Assembly (NCBI RefSeq): GCF_030144855.1
Contig: NC_082709.1
Span: forward strand, 148,862,001-148,926,000
Direction: 5' to 3'
Origin: Hypanus sabinus
Taxonomy: Eukaryota
Length of the DNA: 64,000 nucleotides
In this document: in pieces, positions 61,185 to 64,000 of the stretch
How positions within the stretch are numbered: the first letter of the stretch is position 1
How the letters are laid out: each line of letters opens with the position of its first letter
Translations under genes and position numbers: made by a program
Notes under the pieces: model-generated
Databases searched by the model: none
What the model was told of the DNA's origin: nothing
The model's input: the letters and a program-made list of their open reading frames with translations, nothing else

Positions 61185-62560
61185 ACAATGATCCTGGGGT
61201 AACAAATGAGCGTTTGGTGGCTCTGGGCCTGTACTCACTGAAGATTAGAAGAATGAGGGGAGAATCTCATTGAAACCTACAAAATATTAAAATGCCTAGA
61301 GACAGTGGACATCGAGAGGAAGTTTCTAACAGTGGGAGAGTCTAGAGGGCACAGCCTCAAAATAGGATGTTCCTTCAGAACAGACTTGAGGAGAAATGTC
61401 TTTTAGCCAAAGGATGATGAATCTGTGGAATTCATTGCCACAGATGGCTGTGGAGGTCAAGTCACTGGGTATATTTAAGGCGTAGGTTCATAGATTCTTG
61501 ATTAGGAAGGGTGCTGAAGGTTACCGGCAGGAGAATGGGGTTGTGTGTGAAAATAAATCAGCCACATTCGAATGGTGCTGCAGACTTTATGGTTAGAAAT
61601 GGCCTAAATTGTCTTCGGTGTCTTGTTATCTTATGGTCTACATTCTAGCCCTCTTGAAGTGAATGATAAAATTATATTTTCCTTCCTTACTACCAACTCA
61701 AACTGCAAGCTAACTTTAGAGAATCCTGCATTAGGGCTACCAAGTCCAAATTTCTGAATTCACTACCTATTTAGAAATTAGTCTAGCCTTGATTTCTTCC
61801 ACCAAAGTGCATAACCATATACTTTCCTGGAATATATTCTAGCTGTCCTTTACCTATTCCCCCAACCTAGCAAAGTTCTAATGCAGATACCCTGCTTTTC
61901 AACACCACCTGTCCCTGCAACTGTCTTTGTAATCATTTCACAGCCTTGGTCTCAAAGCTATCAATTCTGTCATCCAGATCACTAATATGTAAAGTGAAAA
62001 ATAGCAAGCACAAAACCAATCTCTGGAGAACACCACTAGTCACTGGCAGCCAACCAGAAAGGTGCTCCTTTATTCTCACTCTTTACCTTCTGCCAGTTAG
62101 CCAATCTTCTATCCATGCTAGTAGCTTTCCTAAAATATCATAGCTCTTATGTTGTTTAGCAATCTCATGTGTGGCCCCTTTTCAAAGGCCTTCTAAACAT
62201 CCACAGACTCCTCTGCCTTTTCTGAAGGCAGCCATGTTGAATTTGGCCCATTTTATTTATTTACTGTACTTCCAAGTACAATGAAACTTCATCCTTAATA
62301 ATATACTCTAAAATCTTGCCAAGCACTGAAATCAGATAATTGGTTTATAATTTCCTGCCTTACCTCCCTTTCGTCTTGAAAGGTGTAGTGACATTTGTGA
62401 TTTTACAGTCCTCTGGAACCACTTCTGATTCTAGTGATTCTTGAAAGATTACTAATAATGCCCCTACAATCTCTTTAGCTACCTCATTCTTGTGTGTAGT
62501 CCATCTGCTTTAGGTGACTTATCACCTACAGACCTTTCAGCATACCAAGGACCTTCTCCT
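61185..62560. mobile_element. CR1 3' fragment (+, 61185-61630) and older CR1 RT fragment (-, about 61650-62560)
   Basis: gagcgtttggtggctctgggcctgtactc...tail; the minus part contains ggagaacaccactagtcactggcagcc. Confidence 0.65.
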
Positions 62561-64000
62561 TAGAAATATATTATTCTCATTTCTACCTGCTAACTCTAAA
62601 ATATCTGGGATTTTGCTGGTGTCTCTCACAGTGATGATTGAAGCAATACACTTCATCAGCTCATCTGCTATTTCATAATTGAATGAAAATATTTAAGATT
62701 ATATATAATAATTAAAATTTCAGTCTAGCCTAAATTATCTTTGCTGGTGTCAAGATCCCAAGGTCAACATTAACTGCCCTTTCCTTTGTTACCACTGAGA
62801 AAGTGGTAGAGCCAACTACGTTAACCACTGTGATCAATGTGGTGAAAATACTTACTCAATTCCATTGGAGAGAATTCTGCAATTTAGACCTAACGGTGAT
62901 GCAAGAATAGCTCGATGGTGTGCAATTTATGTAGGGACACTGGCTAGTGGTGTTGATCTCATATATCTGAAAGCATAGTCCTTCTGGGTGGGAGAAGTTG
63001 TCAGGGTACATATTGCAGCCACTGTACACTGATAGTGGAGGACAGGGATGTTTAGTGAGGTGCAAACAAGCTGGCTGTTTTGCTACAGGTGAGAGTTATG
63101 GGAGCTTCACTCATGCAGAGAAGTGGAGAACTTTCCATTTGTACTTGGGACTTGCGCCTCGCAGGTAGTGGAAAGGATTTATCATGTCAGGAAGTCCAGT
63201 AAGTGTGAAGTAGAAAGCAAAATTATTTCTTTAGTCCACAGATCTGCTCATCTGTTTTAGACTCGTCTTTTGAGATCTGAACTTTAAACTCAGAAACAGC
63301 AGATCTTTAGGAGTTTCTCAGGCAGAGGTTTGCCCTTACCGTTTAAACTTCTTCAAAGTAATTTCAAAGCCTGAAATCTTCCTCAAATTCTGTTCTACGA
63401 AATAAAAACAGAATGTGCTAGAAATATTTAGGTCAGACTGCATTTTCTGGAGAGACAAACAGAGGTAGCATTTCAGATCAAAGATTCTAGAAATAAGGAA
63501 ATGAATAATAGAATGACAGCTTGTACTAAATTATTCATCGGTAATCTGTTTATATCAAAAAGTTTTCATTCAAATAGTTGACATCAATTTAAGTTTACAG
63601 CATAATTCTTACTTTATTTGTGATTTTGTAGGACTAAAAACAAAAGCCAAATAATTTAATTTATGCTGCTGTTTTATCTGGACAGCAGAAGAAATTAATA
63701 CTCCTCCAGCGTACATTTCTGACTGAAAAGACCTTTAAATTTATTTGGAAGTTTAGTTTCAAATAGCCAATCCAAGCTTCCAATATTGCAGAATATTTCA
63801 AACCTTGAAAGTTACTTCATTTCCTAGCAGCTACCTCAGGAAATGGAGCGCGAGAGACCAACGAGCAGGTTAAGCAGCAAAGTGAGTTAGAAACCTACAA
63901 ATCGCTCAGGAGCAAAAAAAAAGTCCTGGCTATTTCAACACCCAGATACTTTAAATCTCAACAGTCAACTAAAACGCGGAAATGAAGGTGGGCAGCAACT

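Noticed and set aside
62740-63340. Possible very old PLE RT relic on the minus strand
   Set aside because: Only one weak motif (PDNFSHP versus LDYSSSHP); not enough to call.

Overview
AT-rich, repeat-dense vertebrate genomic DNA. The repeat complement suggests a cartilaginous fish, probably a ray (inference). The one host gene I can identify is the 3' part of an IGSF3 (EWI-3) orthologue on the + strand. It has six symmetric phase-1 exons, each encoding one V-type Ig domain (matching domains 3-8 of human IGSF3): 6610-6999, 9603-10004, 15507-15908, 31183-31590, 34015-34425 and 41380-41802. A terminal TM/cytoplasmic exon follows (47741-47991), then a repeat-poor 3' UTR. Introns and the 3' flank hold decayed CR1, Rex1/Babar and L2-like LINEs, V-SINE and Deu-SINE copies, a solo LTR, a decayed full-span Gypsy element (10634-14999), a mariner-derived fold-back MITE and a Neptune-type Penelope-like element (PLE; RT + GIY-YIG, 19906-22693). 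The most interesting signal is PLE-related. The large PLE ends in a minimal hammerhead-ribozyme motif. Four shorter insertions derived from the same kind of terminus (88, 125, about 184 and 833 bp) each carry a 12-14 bp target-site duplication, and two of them are near-perfect fold-back hairpins. One fold-back point maps by alignment to the predicted ribozyme cleavage site. No CRISPR, rRNA or tRNA genes were seen. No database searches were run; family names come from motif recognition.
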